A stretch of DNA of 64,000 bases from an uncultured bacterium (GCA_964405235.1 CAYONG010000135.1:1346-65345); one strand, 5' to 3'. Shown: positions 8,795 through 22,253, counted from the stretch's first letter. Translations and numbers: made by a program. Notes: generated by a model not told the origin, from the letters alone.

Positions 8795-10074
8795 CGTCCG
8801 ACGTTCTCGGGCAAGGCGGGCAGGGCGGCAAGGGCCGCTTCTCGCGCGGCCAGCGTGCGGAGACGGAAGAAGACCCACAGCGCCCCCCCGAGCAGCACCA
8901 GCGCCGAGCCGGTGGACGCAGCCGGGGCTCCCCAGCGCTGCGCGATCCCGCCCGACATGAGTGCGCCGATCGGAGCGGTGCCGATGAACATGAAGGTGTA
9001 CAGGCTCATGATGCGCCCGCGAAAGCGGTCCTCGGTGGTGAGCTGGAGCAGCGTGTTGATGCTCGCCACGAAGAGGATGAGGCCGAAGCCCGCGATGAAT
9101 CCCATCGCGAGCGTGAGCGGCAGCGCCCGCGACCAGGCGAACACGCCCATCCCGACCCCGGCGCTGCCGAGCCCGACCAGGAGGTTTCGGCGCAGCGCCC
9201 ATCGGTCCTGTGGCCGGGTCATGACCAGCGCCGAGAGCAGCGAGCCGAGGCCGAACGCGGCGACCATGAGGCCATAGGCCTTCTCGTTCGCGTGCAGGAT
9301 GTCGCGCGCGTAGACCGGGAGCAGCACCATGTACTGGAAGCCGAGCCCCGCCGTCACCCCGAGCAAGCCCAAGAGATTGCGGATCTGGCGGTTGCCGAGC
9401 GCGTAGTTCACTCCTTCGCGCAGCGTGGCGAGCGTACTCTTACCCGAATCCCGCTCGGCGACGTGCGGCGCCATGTCCAGTCGCAGCAGCACCGCGATCA
9501 CCGAAAGAAAGGTGAGCGCGTTGATCCAGAAGCACGCACCCTCCCCCGCGCCGGCCATGACCACCCCCGCCACCGCCGGGCCCAGCACGCGCGCGGTGTT
9601 GAACGCGGCCGAGTTGAGCGCAATGGCGTTCGGCAGGTCCTCCTTGCCGACCATGTCGATCAGGAACGACTGGCGCGCCGGCAGGTCGAACGCGTTGACC
9701 GTGCCGAAGACGAGCGCGAGGCCGATCACCATCCACGGTTGCACCACCCCGAGGCTCACCACGGTCGCGAGCGCGATCGTCTGCCCGAGCATCAGCACCT
9801 GGGTGGTGAGGATGAGACGGCGCTTGTCCATGCGGTCGGCGACGACACCCGCCCAGAGCGCGAGGAGCATGACCGGCAGGAACTGCGCGAAACCGAGCAC
9901 ACCCAGCATGAACGCCGAGCCGGTCAGGCGGTGCATCAACCAGCCCTGGGCCACGCTCTGCATCCAGGTGCCGATCAGCGAGACCAGCTGGCCGGACCAG
10001 AAGAGGCGAAAGTTGCGGTGGGTGAGGGCGCGGAAGCGGGTGTGGAGCAGCTCGCCGGGCGCGGTGCGGAACAT
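8791..10074 (-). CDS. MFS transporter (EntS/DUF894-like subfamily)
   Basis: 12 predicted TM segments. N-terminus FRALTHRNFRLFWSGQLVSLIGTWMQSVAQGWL, and the VADRMDKRR loop is typical of this MFS clade. Confidence 0.85.
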   Translation of the reverse strand: MFRTAPGELLHTRFRALTHRNFRLFWSGQLVSLIGTWMQSVAQGWLMHRLTGSAFMLGVLGFAQFLPVMLLALWAGVVADRMDKRRLILTTQVLMLGQTIALATVVSLGVVQPWMVIGLALVFGTVNAFDLPARQSFLIDMVGKEDLPNAIALNSAAFNTARVLGPAVAGVVMAGAGEGACFWINALTFLSVIAVLLRLDMAPHVAERDSGKSTLATLREGVNYALGNRQIRNLLGLLGVTAGLGFQYMVLLPVYARDILHANEKAYGLMVAAFGLGSLLSALVMTRPQDRWALRRNLLVGLGSAGVGMGVFAWSRALPLTLAMGFIAGFGLILFVASINTLLQLTTEDRFRGRIMSLYTFMFIGTAPIGALMSGGIAQRWGAPAASTGSALVLLGGALWVFFRLRTLAAREAALAALPALPENVGR

Positions 10075-10133
10075 ACCCGCCGCACGCTAGCACGGGCGCG
10101 CGCAGGCGTCACGGCGCGCGGGGCGTATCGTCG

Positions 10134-11063
10134 CTATCCGCCCGTCTCGTCCTGCACGACGGTGAGCATGGGGCCGGGGCGGGAAGCGGGGTTCCACACC
10201 CCGTCCACCCACCCCTCCACCGTCTCCACCAGCCACGCAGCGCCCGAGAGCGGATGGAGGTGGGCGACGCCGGGCGACACGCGGACCTCGGCGCCGGAGA
10301 TGAGCCGCGCCATCTCATCGGTGGCCTCGCGCGCCCAGCGGGTCTCGCGCTCGCCGACAATCAGCAGCGTGGGGATTGCGATCCGCGACAACTCGGCCCG
10401 CGTGTCGTGGGTGAAGGCGAGGCGCACGCGCTCGCGGGCCAACCCGAGCGGGACGCTGCGGATTCCGTGGCGGACGAAGGCGAGGATGCGCTCGTCGCAC
10501 CGCGGGTCGTACACCCACGCGCCACGCGCGGCGAGCCGTCGGGCCAGCGCTGCGGCCAGCGCCTCGGGGAACCAGCGCTGCGAGGCGAGCACCAGCGACT
10601 GCTCGATGTATCGCTTGCGCCACTGGCCCCGGGTGCTGCCGACGCGCGGGAAGCTGCTGCTCAGCACCAGCGCCGCGACCCGCCCGGGTCGCGCCAGCGC
10701 CCAGCGTTGCGCCAGTGCGCCACCCAGCGAGTGCCCCACCACGACCGCCGCGCCCGGAGCGAAGGCGTCGGCCACGCGCGCGAGGTCGCCGAGCAGCGCC
10801 GCCCAGGAGGGAGGACCGCTGAAGCGCGCCATGAGATCGAAGGTGATCACCCGGAATCGGCGCGCGAGGCGCCACGCCACCGCGATCCAGGCCTCCTTGT
10901 AGCCGGGCAGCGGCGGCAGCAGCAGCAGCGGCGGGCCCTCGCCCATCACGACCACCTCGGTGGTCCCCTCGCCCAGGTCGAAAGGCCGCGGCCGCCATCC
11001 CGCAAGCCAGGCGGGGTCGACCAGGCGCTCCCAACCGGGGGCGAGACGGGCGGCGACGTGCAT
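10134..11063 (-). CDS. Alpha/beta hydrolase fold protein
   Basis: Nucleophile elbow GHSLGG with surrounding VVVGHSLGGALAQ. The C-terminal His region is GVAHLHP. The start is taken at MHVAARL. Confidence 0.8.
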   Translation of the reverse strand: MHVAARLAPGWERLVDPAWLAGWRPRPFDLGEGTTEVVVMGEGPPLLLLPPLPGYKEAWIAVAWRLARRFRVITFDLMARFSGPPSWAALLGDLARVADAFAPGAAVVVGHSLGGALAQRWALARPGRVAALVLSSSFPRVGSTRGQWRKRYIEQSLVLASQRWFPEALAAALARRLAARGAWVYDPRCDERILAFVRHGIRSVPLGLARERVRLAFTHDTRAELSRIAIPTLLIVGERETRWAREATDEMARLISGAEVRVSPGVAHLHPLSGAAWLVETVEGWVDGVWNPASRPGPMLTVVQDETGG

Positions 11064-11221
11064 GCGCGCCACGATAGCGACCGTCCGCACTGCCGTCACG
11101 CGGGGCGCTGGCGCGGCCGATGCGCGCCCGGGCGGCATCCTGCTACCCTCCCGCTGGGAACATGGCAGGCGCGATCCCGCGTCAGGCGCCGTGGAGCCGG
11201 CGAGTGGAGGGGACGAGAGCG

Positions 11222-12562
<1,341 letters not shown>

Positions 12563-12588
12563 CTCCAGGGCGCCGTGACTCACCGGAC

Positions 12589-13486
12589 TGTGATATGTAC
12601 GACCCTCCGAGACAGATCTAATCTAACGGAACTGCCAAGGAGGTGCGCATGCTGGTGGCTCAGCGGGACCGTGAGATCCGGCGGAAGATGCGGGTCCCGG
12701 AATACGCGGCGAGCGTGGGAAGTGCCTCTCAAGCCTGCCGATATTTCGGCAAGCGCCTCCAGAGGTCGTGGAGAAGGTGCTGCATCTGAGGCGCACCTAC
12801 CACTTGGGGCCGGTCCGCATCATGTGGTAGCTGCAGCGCTACCACGGCATCAAGCTCTGCGATGCGGGCGTCTACCGGATTCTGAAACGCCATGGCCTCA
12901 ATCGACTGCCACGCAAAGTTGGCCGGCGGGCGGTTCATACCGCCCGATACGCCAAGCAGGTGCCCGGACACCACATCCAGGTAGACGTGAAGTTCCTCTC
13001 CCTCAAGCAGTCCGATGGAGCGACCGTTCGCAGATTCCAGCACACCGCCATCGACGATGCGACTCGGGTGAGGGCCCTGAAGATCTACTTGCGACACAAC
13101 CAAGCCAGCACGATTAACTTCATCGACCACGTGATCGCGAAGTTCCCTTTCCGAATCCATACGGTCCGCACCGACCGCGGGCACGAGTTCCAGGCCAAGT
13201 TTCACTGGCACGTGGAGGACCAGGGGATCCGGCACGTCTACATCAAGGCACGCACGCCGCAGCTGAACGGCAAGGTGGAGCGGTCCCACCGGTCAGACCA
13301 GGAGGAGTTCTACCAGCTTCTGACCTACGTCGACGACGTGGACCTGGAGAAGAAACTGGCGGAGTGGGAGCAGTTCTACAACTTCGGGAGACCCCACGCG
13401 GCCTTCAACGGAAAGACACCGTACGAGGTCCTCCGTGAAAAGCTACAATGATCAACGATCTGTCTCGCAGGGTGCTGCCTATCACA
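12589..13486 (+). mobile_element. Decayed IS481-family insertion sequence (about 898 bp), bounded by imperfect 30-31 bp terminal inverted repeats beginning TGTGATA
   Basis: The left end 12589-12618 (tgtgatatgtacgaccctccgagacagatc) matches the reverse complement of the right end 13457-13486 at about 25/30 positions. This includes a perfect 11-mer: cgagacagatc paired with gatctgtctcg. The interior encodes an rve-type transposase. No flanking direct repeat was seen. Confidence 0.75.
12649..13451 (+). pseudogene. IS481-family transposase, inactivated (internal deletion with frameshift near 12750, plus in-frame TAG at 12828-12830)
   Basis: The HTH part (...SASQACRYFG) is in frame 1. PPEVVEKVLHLRRTYHLGPVRIMW*LQRYHGIKLCDAGVYRILKRHGLNRLPRKV...VPGHHIQVDVKFL continues in another frame, with TAG where family members have Tyr. 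The rve core has the DDE pattern (QVDVK...VRTDRGHEF...PQLNGKVER). Confidence 0.75.
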
Positions 13487-13664
13487 CCAGCCCGCTCGGC
13501 AGATGCGTGATGCGCACCGCCGAGTCGGTGGTATTGACGCCCTCCCCGCTGGGGCCGCCGGCGCGGTAGACATCGACGCGCAGATCCTTCTCCTCGACCT
13601 GCACGCCCACCTTCTCCACCTCGGGGAGCACCGCCACGGTGGCGGCCGAGGTGTGGATACGGCC
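13487..13664 (-). pseudogene. Peptide chain release factor 1-like remnant, 3'-truncated by the IS and with a destroyed GGQ motif
   Basis: [17 protein letters not shown]...[34 protein letters not shown] matches the RF1 core (RIHTS..., [15 protein letters not shown]). The universally conserved SG-GGQH is here GPSGEG. The frame runs straight into the IS right inverted repeat, which supplies the stop. Confidence 0.7.
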
Positions 13665-13830
13665 CGTCCCGGTTTGCCCGCTCACGGTTCGTCTCCCCAA
13701 CGGCGCGGAGACTGATACGGCCGGTCTTGACGGCCTTCGCCGCCGTTGAGCGCAGATCGTGTTGAAACTGTGGAGGTGTCCCGGGACATTGCGCCCCTCG
13801 CGCCAGACCCAATCAGCCGAGGACAACCCA

Positions 13831-16800
13831 TCATTTCAAGAGCACCATCCGTCGCGTGCCGATGAAACCCGGTGTCTTGAGCTGATAGAAGTACAAACCG
13901 GGCTGCAGACCCGAGGCCCGGAACTCGACCTCGTGGTGTCCTGCCTCTCGGAACTCGCCATCCACCGGTCGTGCGACCAGCCGACCATCCACCCCGTACA
14001 CCGCAAGCGTGACAGGGCCCGGTCTGGCCAGATCGAACCCGATGCTCGTTCGCACTCGGAACGGATTTGGCGAGCTTGGCGATAGCGAGAATCTCGACGG
14101 TCGATCGGTACCCGTGCCCGCCGTGCCCGTGCAGCTGTCCGCGAAGACACACGAGTCCCGGCACCCGGCAGCCGACGTCCGCACGACTTTGAACCCCGCC
14201 ATGCCGGAAGCCCCCGCCGTGTAAGTGATGCAGCTCGTGCCCTGCCCCCCGGTGATCGCCCAGCCCGGATCCGCGAATGGCAGCGACCACGCGTAGTCCA
14301 CCGCGCCGCTGGCCGCCACGCACAGCTGGTTGCCCGTTGATCCGCATTGCGTGCGCAGCGAATCGGGGTCGAATATCGCGCAGCTCAGCGAGTCCAACGC
14401 GACGGTGACCGAGCCCTGCGCGGAACATTGAGCGACGTCGGGCGCGAACTTGTGGCCCTGCGAGCAACCCTTCCCCCCCTCAGCAACGACGTAGAGGCTA
14501 CCGCTAGCGCCAACGGCGATGCCCATCGGCCAGCCGGTATACCCGTCCATGCAGCTCCCGCCCGCGAAATCTGACCAACTCGAGAGATACTCCCCGGCAG
14601 GAGTGAACGTGATGATGGACGCCCGCATATTTCCGACAAGAACCCTGGCGCAGGGATAGTCGGGCCGAGGTGGCGCTATCGCTACACAGGTGGCAACCCT
14701 GTAGGAGTCTTGCCCGAATTCTCTGATAAATACTCCGTCGTGTGTGAATACCACGACTCTTGAAACCGGTGCAACGCCCTGGTAACCGCCTCGGTAAACG
14801 ACCGCGTAGACATCATCGTCGGCACCGACCGCGAGGTCGCCAACGAGTTCCTTCAGCGGGCCGATCGAGCCAACCGCCCACGACGTGACGAACTCGCCGG
14901 CATTGGTGAATTTCTGAATGCGAGAAGGATGTGCGCTGGAGAAGCCCAGGTCTGAGACATAAATGTAGCCACTGGCGGTGGCCGCTACAGCGCTCGGATA
15001 GGCGAACTGGCCGTCCCCGATCCCGATTCCACCCCATTGAGCAAGATATGCCCCGTCGCTCGTAAACTTCTGGATGCGATGGTTAAATTGGTCCGCGACG
15101 TACACATTCCCGCTGAAATCGACTGCCACGCCCGCCGGATAGCGGAATTGTCCGGCGCCAGTGCCGTTTTCACCCCACTGGGTAAGATAGGTGCCGTCGC
15201 TCGCAAACTTCTGGAGACGATGGTTCCCGCCTTCCACGCCGCCTTCCACGACGTACACGTTTTCTGCCGCGTCAACCGCGACGCCGCGGGGCCGAGAAAA
15301 CTGCCCGTCACCGCTGCCAGGGCCGCCCCACCTGGTAACGAGTACAGGTGGCTGGGACGGACCCGGGCAAGAGCTGCCAAGGGTGTAGGTCACGTCGTAA
15401 GTGCCCGCATTCGACGCCGTGGCATTGGCGATCACCGGGTTCTGCTGACTCGATGTGAACCCATTGGGCCCGGTCCACGCGTAGCTGCCCCCCGGCGGGT
15501 TGCCCACCGCGCTCAGCTGAATCGTGCCGCCAGGGCACATGGCCGCATCCGCCGATGCCAGCACGCTGCATCCTGAATCCGCCGGACAGGAGACGGGGAG
15601 TGTGCACTCCCGGCACCCGGCAGCCGACGTCAGCACGACCTTGAAGTAGGCCATGCCGGAGGCCCCCGCGGTGTAGGTGATGCAGCTCGTGCCCTGCCCG
15701 GCCGTGATCGCCCAACCCGAATCCGCGAATGCCAGCGACCACGCGTAGTGCACCGCGCCGCTGGCCGCCACGCACAGCTGATTGCCCGTCGACCCACACT
15801 GCGGCGGCAGGGAATCCGGATCGAAGATCGAACACCCCAGCGTATCCACCTGAACGGTGATCGAGTTCGACGTCGTGCAAGAGGCCGCGTAGTAGGTGGC
15901 CACGTAGGTGCCGGCGTCGGCGCCGGTGGGGTTGACGATCACCGGGTTCTGGAAGGTCGAGAAGAAACCGTTGGGCCCCGTCCACACGTAATAGCCACCC
16001 GGAGGGCTGCCCACCGCGCTCAGGTGAATCGTGCCGCCCGCGCACGCGGCGGTGCCGGCCACGCTCACGCTGCATGGCGCAGCCACGGCGCAGCTGTCGG
16101 CGAAGAAGCACGAGTCCCGGCACCCGGCAGCCGACGTCAGCACGACCTTGAACAAGGCCGTGCCGGTGGCACCCGACGTGTAGGTGATGCAGCTCGTGCC
16201 CAGCCCGCCGGTGATCGCCCAGCCTGGATCCGCGTTCACCATCGACCACCCGTAGTCCACCACTCCGCTGGTGGCCACGCACAGCTGGTTGCCCGTCGAG
16301 CCGCACTGTGTCGCCAGGGAATCCGGATCGAAGATCGAACAACTCAGCGAATCCACCTGAACGGCGATCGAGTTCGACGTCGTGCAAGGGGCCGCGTAGT
16401 ACGTGGCCACGTAGGTGCCGGCATCGGCGCTTGTGGCGTTGACGATCACCGGGTTCTGGAGGGTCGAGAAGAAGCCGTTGGGCCCCGTCCACACGTAGGA
16501 ACCGCCCGGCGGGCTGCCCACCGCGCCCAGTTGAATCGTGCCGCCCGCGCACGCCGAGGTCGCGGACACGCTTACGCTGCATGGCGCCGCCGCGACGCAG
16601 CTGTCGGCGAAGGTGCACGAGTCCAGGCACCCGGCAGCCGACGTCAGCACGACCTTGAAGTGGGCCATGCCGGCGGCCCCCGCCGTGTAGGTGATGCAGC
16701 TCGTGCCCTGCCCACCCGTGATTGCCCAGCCCGCATCCGCGAATGCCAGCGACCACGCGTAGTCCACCGCGCCGCTGGCCGCCACGCACAGCTGATTGCC

Positions 16801-17262
16801 GGTCGACCCACACTGCGGCGGCAGGGAATCCGGATCGAAGATCGAACAACTCAGCGTACCCACTTGAACGAATACTGAGTCCCGCGCCACGCACCGGTCC
16901 TGGATGTAGCGTACGACGTAGAGACCGGCATTCGAGGGTTGCCCGTTCGCGATCATGGGATTCTGCAGGCTCGAGGAGAATCCGTTGGGGCCCGACCACG
17001 AGTAGGTGCCACCCGTCGGGGTCCCCGCCGCGCCCAACTGAATTGTCGCGCCCAGGCACACCAGCGACTCGGCGGATGCGATGACGCTACAGGCGCCCGC
17101 GTTGCCGGTGCTTTCTCCTTTGGCTGTCTGCGAGCTTGCGCCCATGAACAGGCAGGCGACGGAGAGGATGCAGAAGTTGCGGACGCGGATGCGGGACGAA
17201 CTCAGCCCCGAGACGGTGGCACCCAGGTCGCGTGGCATCGTACCGATCTCCCCAGCAGACAT
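13831..17262 (-). CDS. Large secreted cell-surface protein: signal peptide, about 3.5 tandem 169-aa two-domain Cys-rich Ig-like repeats, an NHL-repeat beta-propeller, and a FlgD-Ig/T9SS-type C-terminal domain
   Basis: Repeated W(S/T)GPNGF.S..QNP.I.N......G.Y motif. NHL repeats ([21 protein letters not shown]..., [11 protein letters not shown]...). The C-terminus [33 protein letters not shown]...[22 protein letters not shown] is a typical sorting/FlgD-Ig domain. The start is at MSAGEIG (17262) or MPRDLG (17238). Confidence 0.85.
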   Translation of the reverse strand: MSAGEIGTMPRDLGATVSGLSSSRIRVRNFCILSVACLFMGASSQTAKGESTGNAGACSVIASAESLVCLGATIQLGAAGTPTGGTYSWSGPNGFSSSLQNPMIANGQPSNAGLYVVRYIQDRCVARDSVFVQVGTLSCSIFDPDSLPPQCGSTGNQLCVAASGAVDYAWSLAFADAGWAITGGQGTSCITYTAGAAGMAHFKVVLTSAAGCLDSCTFADSCVAAAPCSVSVSATSACAGGTIQLGAVGSPPGGSYVWTGPNGFFSTLQNPVIVNATSADAGTYVATYYAAPCTTSNSIAVQVDSLSCSIFDPDSLATQCGSTGNQLCVATSGVVDYGWSMVNADPGWAITGGLGTSCITYTSGATGTALFKVVLTSAAGCRDSCFFADSCAVAAPCSVSVAGTAACAGGTIHLSAVGSPPGGYYVWTGPNGFFSTFQNPVIVNPTGADAGTYVATYYAASCTTSNSITVQVDTLGCSIFDPDSLPPQCGSTGNQLCVAASGAVHYAWSLAFADSGWAITAGQGTSCITYTAGASGMAYFKVVLTSAAGCRECTLPVSCPADSGCSVLASADAAMCPGGTIQLSAVGNPPGGSYAWTGPNGFTSSQQNPVIANATASNAGTYDVTYTLGSSCPGPSQPPVLVTRWGGPGSGDGQFSRPRGVAVDAAENVYVVEGGVEGGNHRLQKFASDGTYLTQWGENGTGAGQFRYPAGVAVDFSGNVYVADQFNHRIQKFTSDGAYLAQWGGIGIGDGQFAYPSAVAATASGYIYVSDLGFSSAHPSRIQKFTNAGEFVTSWAVGSIGPLKELVGDLAVGADDDVYAVVYRGGYQGVAPVSRVVVFTHDGVFIREFGQDSYRVATCVAIAPPRPDYPCARVLVGNMRASIITFTPAGEYLSSWSDFAGGSCMDGYTGWPMGIAVGASGSLYVVAEGGKGCSQGHKFAPDVAQCSAQGSVTVALDSLSCAIFDPDSLRTQCGSTGNQLCVAASGAVDYAWSLPFADPGWAITGGQGTSCITYTAGASGMAGFKVVRTSAAGCRDSCVFADSCTGTAGTGTDRPSRFSLSPSSPNPFRVRTSIGFDLARPGPVTLAVYGVDGRLVARPVDGEFREAGHHEVEFRASGLQPGLYFYQLKTPGFIGTRRMVLLK
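15601..17121. repeat. Three tandem 507-bp coding repeats inside the surface-protein gene. A further copy is split at about 15340-15600 and 14110-14420.
   Basis: The anchor gtaggtgatgcagctcgtgcc recurs at 15673, 16180 and 16687 (period exactly 507 bp). A variant (gtaagtgatgcagctcgtgcc) occurs at 14221. The protein copies are near-identical. Confidence 0.8.
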
Positions 17263-18042
17263 GTGAATCACCCGAAAGAGACACCGGTGACGTCGCGCTG
17301 CCCCGGGGCGGAGCAACTTCGCATTCTTCGGCGAGGTTCGAGATCGCGCGGCACACGGCCCTATCGAGCGTCGCATGAGACGCTTGTAGTGTAGGCCGAG
17401 GCTGGGCAACTTCAAGACCTTTCGCACAATGACACGAGAGGGTGCGGCGGCCTCCAGACATGCCGCTGCTCGGGCGTGGAGGGTGTGACGCCCTGCCACC
17501 CCCCGCCCGAAGTCCGGCCCCGGCGCCATGGCGGGCTGCTGTGAGGCCCTCACCCGCACTCGCTACGCCCTTCCCCCGGAGGTGCGCGGCCGTCCGGTCC
17601 GGGCCGCGCCAGCCTGAGGTTAGAGTATTAGTATAGATGTGATGAAGCGGCTGACCCCCGCTGTGACGTGGTACCCATTGCGGGGTCCACCGGATGTTTC
17701 ACGAGGTCTATGCCGCACACAGGGATGGAAAGAACACGCATGTGCGCGACCCCGAGCCTACGCCCGTCTGCCACCGCGCTCAGCCTGATCTCCCGCGCGT
17801 GCGCCCGACCCGGACCCCGGCGCGCCGCGCGACCTGCGCGAGGGACGGTCCGCCACCCGGGGGTCACTTCGACCCCGGCGGCGACATCGCGCTCCCCCCC
17901 TCAAGAGAGCGGGCGCGGAGCCTGAGCCCCGCGCCCGTCTCGGTGCTTCGCCGTCCGCTCCGCCCGCCGCGGTCGCGACGGTCCCGCGCGCCCTACCCCT
18001 TCGCGCCCCCTCCACCCCATCTGCCAGCACCGTCGCGCGGTT

Positions 18043-18159
18043 CTCGGTCAAGAGCGTGGGCTGGTAGCCGACGGCGCTCGGCATGCGGCCCAGGAACTCC
18101 TCCCCGACCGGCACGGTGATCGGCGCTCCGGTGTCTGTGGCGGCCATGCCGTGCACTAC
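18043..18159 (-). pseudogene. ATP synthase F1 beta-subunit (atpD) remnant with an internal deletion
   Basis: The minus-frame peptide is VVHGMAATDTGAPITVPVGEEFLGRMPSAVGYQPTLLTE. The segment LGRMPSAVGYQPTL is identical to the conserved AtpD motif. PITVPVGEEFLGR matches the N-terminal PIxVPVGxxTLGR segment that normally lies about 250 aa upstream. Confidence 0.65.
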
Positions 18160-18292
18160 GCCGGGCGTCCCGGTTGCCCATAAGAATGAGGTCCATGGGG
18201 GGACATTTTCACTGACGTCCCACATCGGCGTCCGGCCACCTGGGAATCCGCCCGCCTCTGCGTTACCTTCCCTCCCCGAAAGGAGTCTCCCC

Positions 18293-18475
18293 ATGTGCCC
18301 TATCTGCAAGCCGCACGTCGGCAAGCCCTGCACGCTTGAGGAGCAGTCGGACGGCCGCATCGTGTGTTCCTGCGGACTCCATTCCTGGCCCAACTCGGGC
18401 GCGCTGGAAGAGACCTGTCGGCGCCTGAGCCTGACTCTCACCGGTCAGGTCCATACCTGGACCCAGGGCTACTGA
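18293..18475 (+). CDS. Small (60 aa) Cys-rich, zinc-ribbon-like protein upstream of hsp20-lon
   Basis: MCPICKPHVGKPCTLEEQSDGRIVCSCGLHSW.... An AAAGGAG sequence lies 7 nt upstream of the ATG. The third codon position is strongly G/C-biased, as in neighbouring genes. No family was recognised. Confidence 0.4.
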   Translation: MCPICKPHVGKPCTLEEQSDGRIVCSCGLHSWPNSGALEETCRRLSLTLTGQVHTWTQGY

Positions 18476-18504
18476 GGTCCGCACCGAGACTGCCGAAGCC
18501 TGCC

Positions 18505-18944
18505 ATGCCCCGCACCCCTTCCGATCCTCCCGAGAACATCCAGCGCGAGGTCGTACGGTTGTTTCATGACCTCGGCTACCACGGGCACCCGTCCGCCCAC
18601 TTCGCCGAGCAGCCCTGGGTGCCGCCGGCGGACCTGGTGGTCACCGAGCGATCGGCGCGCGTCATCGTCGAGCTGGCCGGCGTGCCGCGCGAGAGCGTAC
18701 GGGTACGCCTGCGCGGGAACCTCCTCGAGGTGAGCGGGCGGCGCATTGCGCCGCAGGAATCGCCGGGCGCCCACTACCACCGGGCCGAGATCTATTTCGG
18801 CGAGTTCTCCCGGGTGGTCGAGCTGCCCTGGAACGCCGACGAGGCGAGCGTGTCCGCCACCTATCGCGACGGGATGCTGGAGATCCGCCTCCAGGCGGTG
18901 CCCGCGCCCCGGCCGACCGAAGTTCCGGTGCGGGAGAGCGCGCC

Positions 18945-18948
<4 letters not shown>
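18505..18948 (+). CDS. Hsp20/alpha-crystallin family small heat-shock protein
   Basis: Alpha-crystallin domain: PPADLVVTERSARVIVELAGVPRESVRVRLRGNLLEVSGRR...FSRVVELPWNADEASVSATYRDGMLEIRL. Confidence 0.85.
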
Positions 18949-21554
<2,606 letters not shown>

Positions 21555-21570
21555 TCCTGCCTCTTCTGAT

Positions 21571-22053
21571 CTAACCTTCAGCGCCCGCGAGCGACTCCGC
21601 AAACCACAGCACGACGGGGGCGGCGACGCGCCGGTAGTCCTCGAATGGCATCTGGATCGCCTCGACATGTGAACCGGCGTTGAAGACGATCTGCCGGTCA
21701 TGGGTGAGCGATTCGTCCAGGTAGGTCTTGAGTCCCTCGAGGATGCCGAACGGCGGCATCGCCCCGGGCTCGCAGTCGGGGAACGCTGCGGCGACTTCGG
21801 GCTCGGACGCCAGACTGATCTCTTCGCCGAGCACGGCGCCCAGCCGTTTGAGATCGACGCGGGATTGAACGGGCAGCACCGCGAGCGAGAAGGCACCACC
21901 CCGACGGATCACCACGACCTTGGCAATATCCCGCCCCGACAGGTGCTTCGATTGGGCGGCTTCCTGCGCCGTGTGCGCCGGGGAGTGTGTGAGGACCTCG
22001 TACCTCGCGCCGTGCTGGTCGAGCAATTCACGCAATCGGGGACTGACGGACAT
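21571..22053 (-). CDS. YbaK/aminoacyl-tRNA-synthetase-associated (trans-editing-like) domain protein
   Basis: HSPAHTAQEAA...IAKVVVIR...VDLKRLGAVLG...PGAMPPFG...IVFNAGSH pattern typical of the YbaK/EbsC-like fold. Confidence 0.7.
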   Translation of the reverse strand: MSVSPRLRELLDQHGARYEVLTHSPAHTAQEAAQSKHLSGRDIAKVVVIRRGGAFSLAVLPVQSRVDLKRLGAVLGEEISLASEPEVAAAFPDCEPGAMPPFGILEGLKTYLDESLTHDRQIVFNAGSHVEAIQMPFEDYRRVAAPVVLWFAESLAGAEG

Positions 22054-22253
22054 CGCACGGCCCTCCCACCGCGGCGCCAGGGGGTGCACCACGCGATCAT
22101 CCGAGATGTTCTGCCGAACCGGGCAACCCTACTCGCCACTGCGGAAAGCACGCAACTGGAGATCGTGAGCAGGCCCGCGATCCCAAGGAAGGCGGGCCCT
22201 AGAACACGTTGGCCTCGAAGCGGTTGGCCCCGGAGCGGTCCGGCGGGCGATAC

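Noticed and set aside
7789-10902. Very long plus-strand ORF (1037 aa). There are similar giants at 488..1795, 28924..30747, 45051..47642, 11096..12583, 59677..61140 and elsewhere.
   Set aside because: Their products are Arg/Pro/Gly/Ala-rich and low in complexity, with no motifs. They run antisense or out of frame to genes with clear family signatures (MFS, hydrolase, GIDE, preA, bgl, aceB). This is a typical high-GC open-frame artefact.
15601-17121. Regularly spaced repeats that might superficially suggest a CRISPR-like or satellite array.
   Set aside because: The period is 507 bp, the repeats lie entirely inside one ORF, and they encode protein domains. There is no short repeat/spacer structure and there are no cas genes.
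17617-17647. An AT-rich patch containing TATACT/TAATAC-like hexamers on the minus strand. It was considered as the promoter of the surface-protein gene, or as an IS end (it contains tgtgat).
   Set aside because: It lies about 360 nt upstream of the start codon, with no convincing -35 partner. The similarity to the IS481 inverted repeat stops after 6 nt.
17908-17935. Hairpin gggcgcgg...ccgcgccc in the long non-coding stretch.
   Set aside because: It is not adjacent to any 3' gene end and has no U-tract. It is likely fortuitous, or a relic of degraded sequence.
18170-18290. I searched for CIRCE (TTAGCACTC-N9-GAGTGCTAA) or a sigma32-type promoter upstream of the small ORF/hsp20/lon unit.
   Set aside because: There is no CIRCE-like inverted repeat. 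Only a weak CCATGGGG element is present, which is too weak to call.
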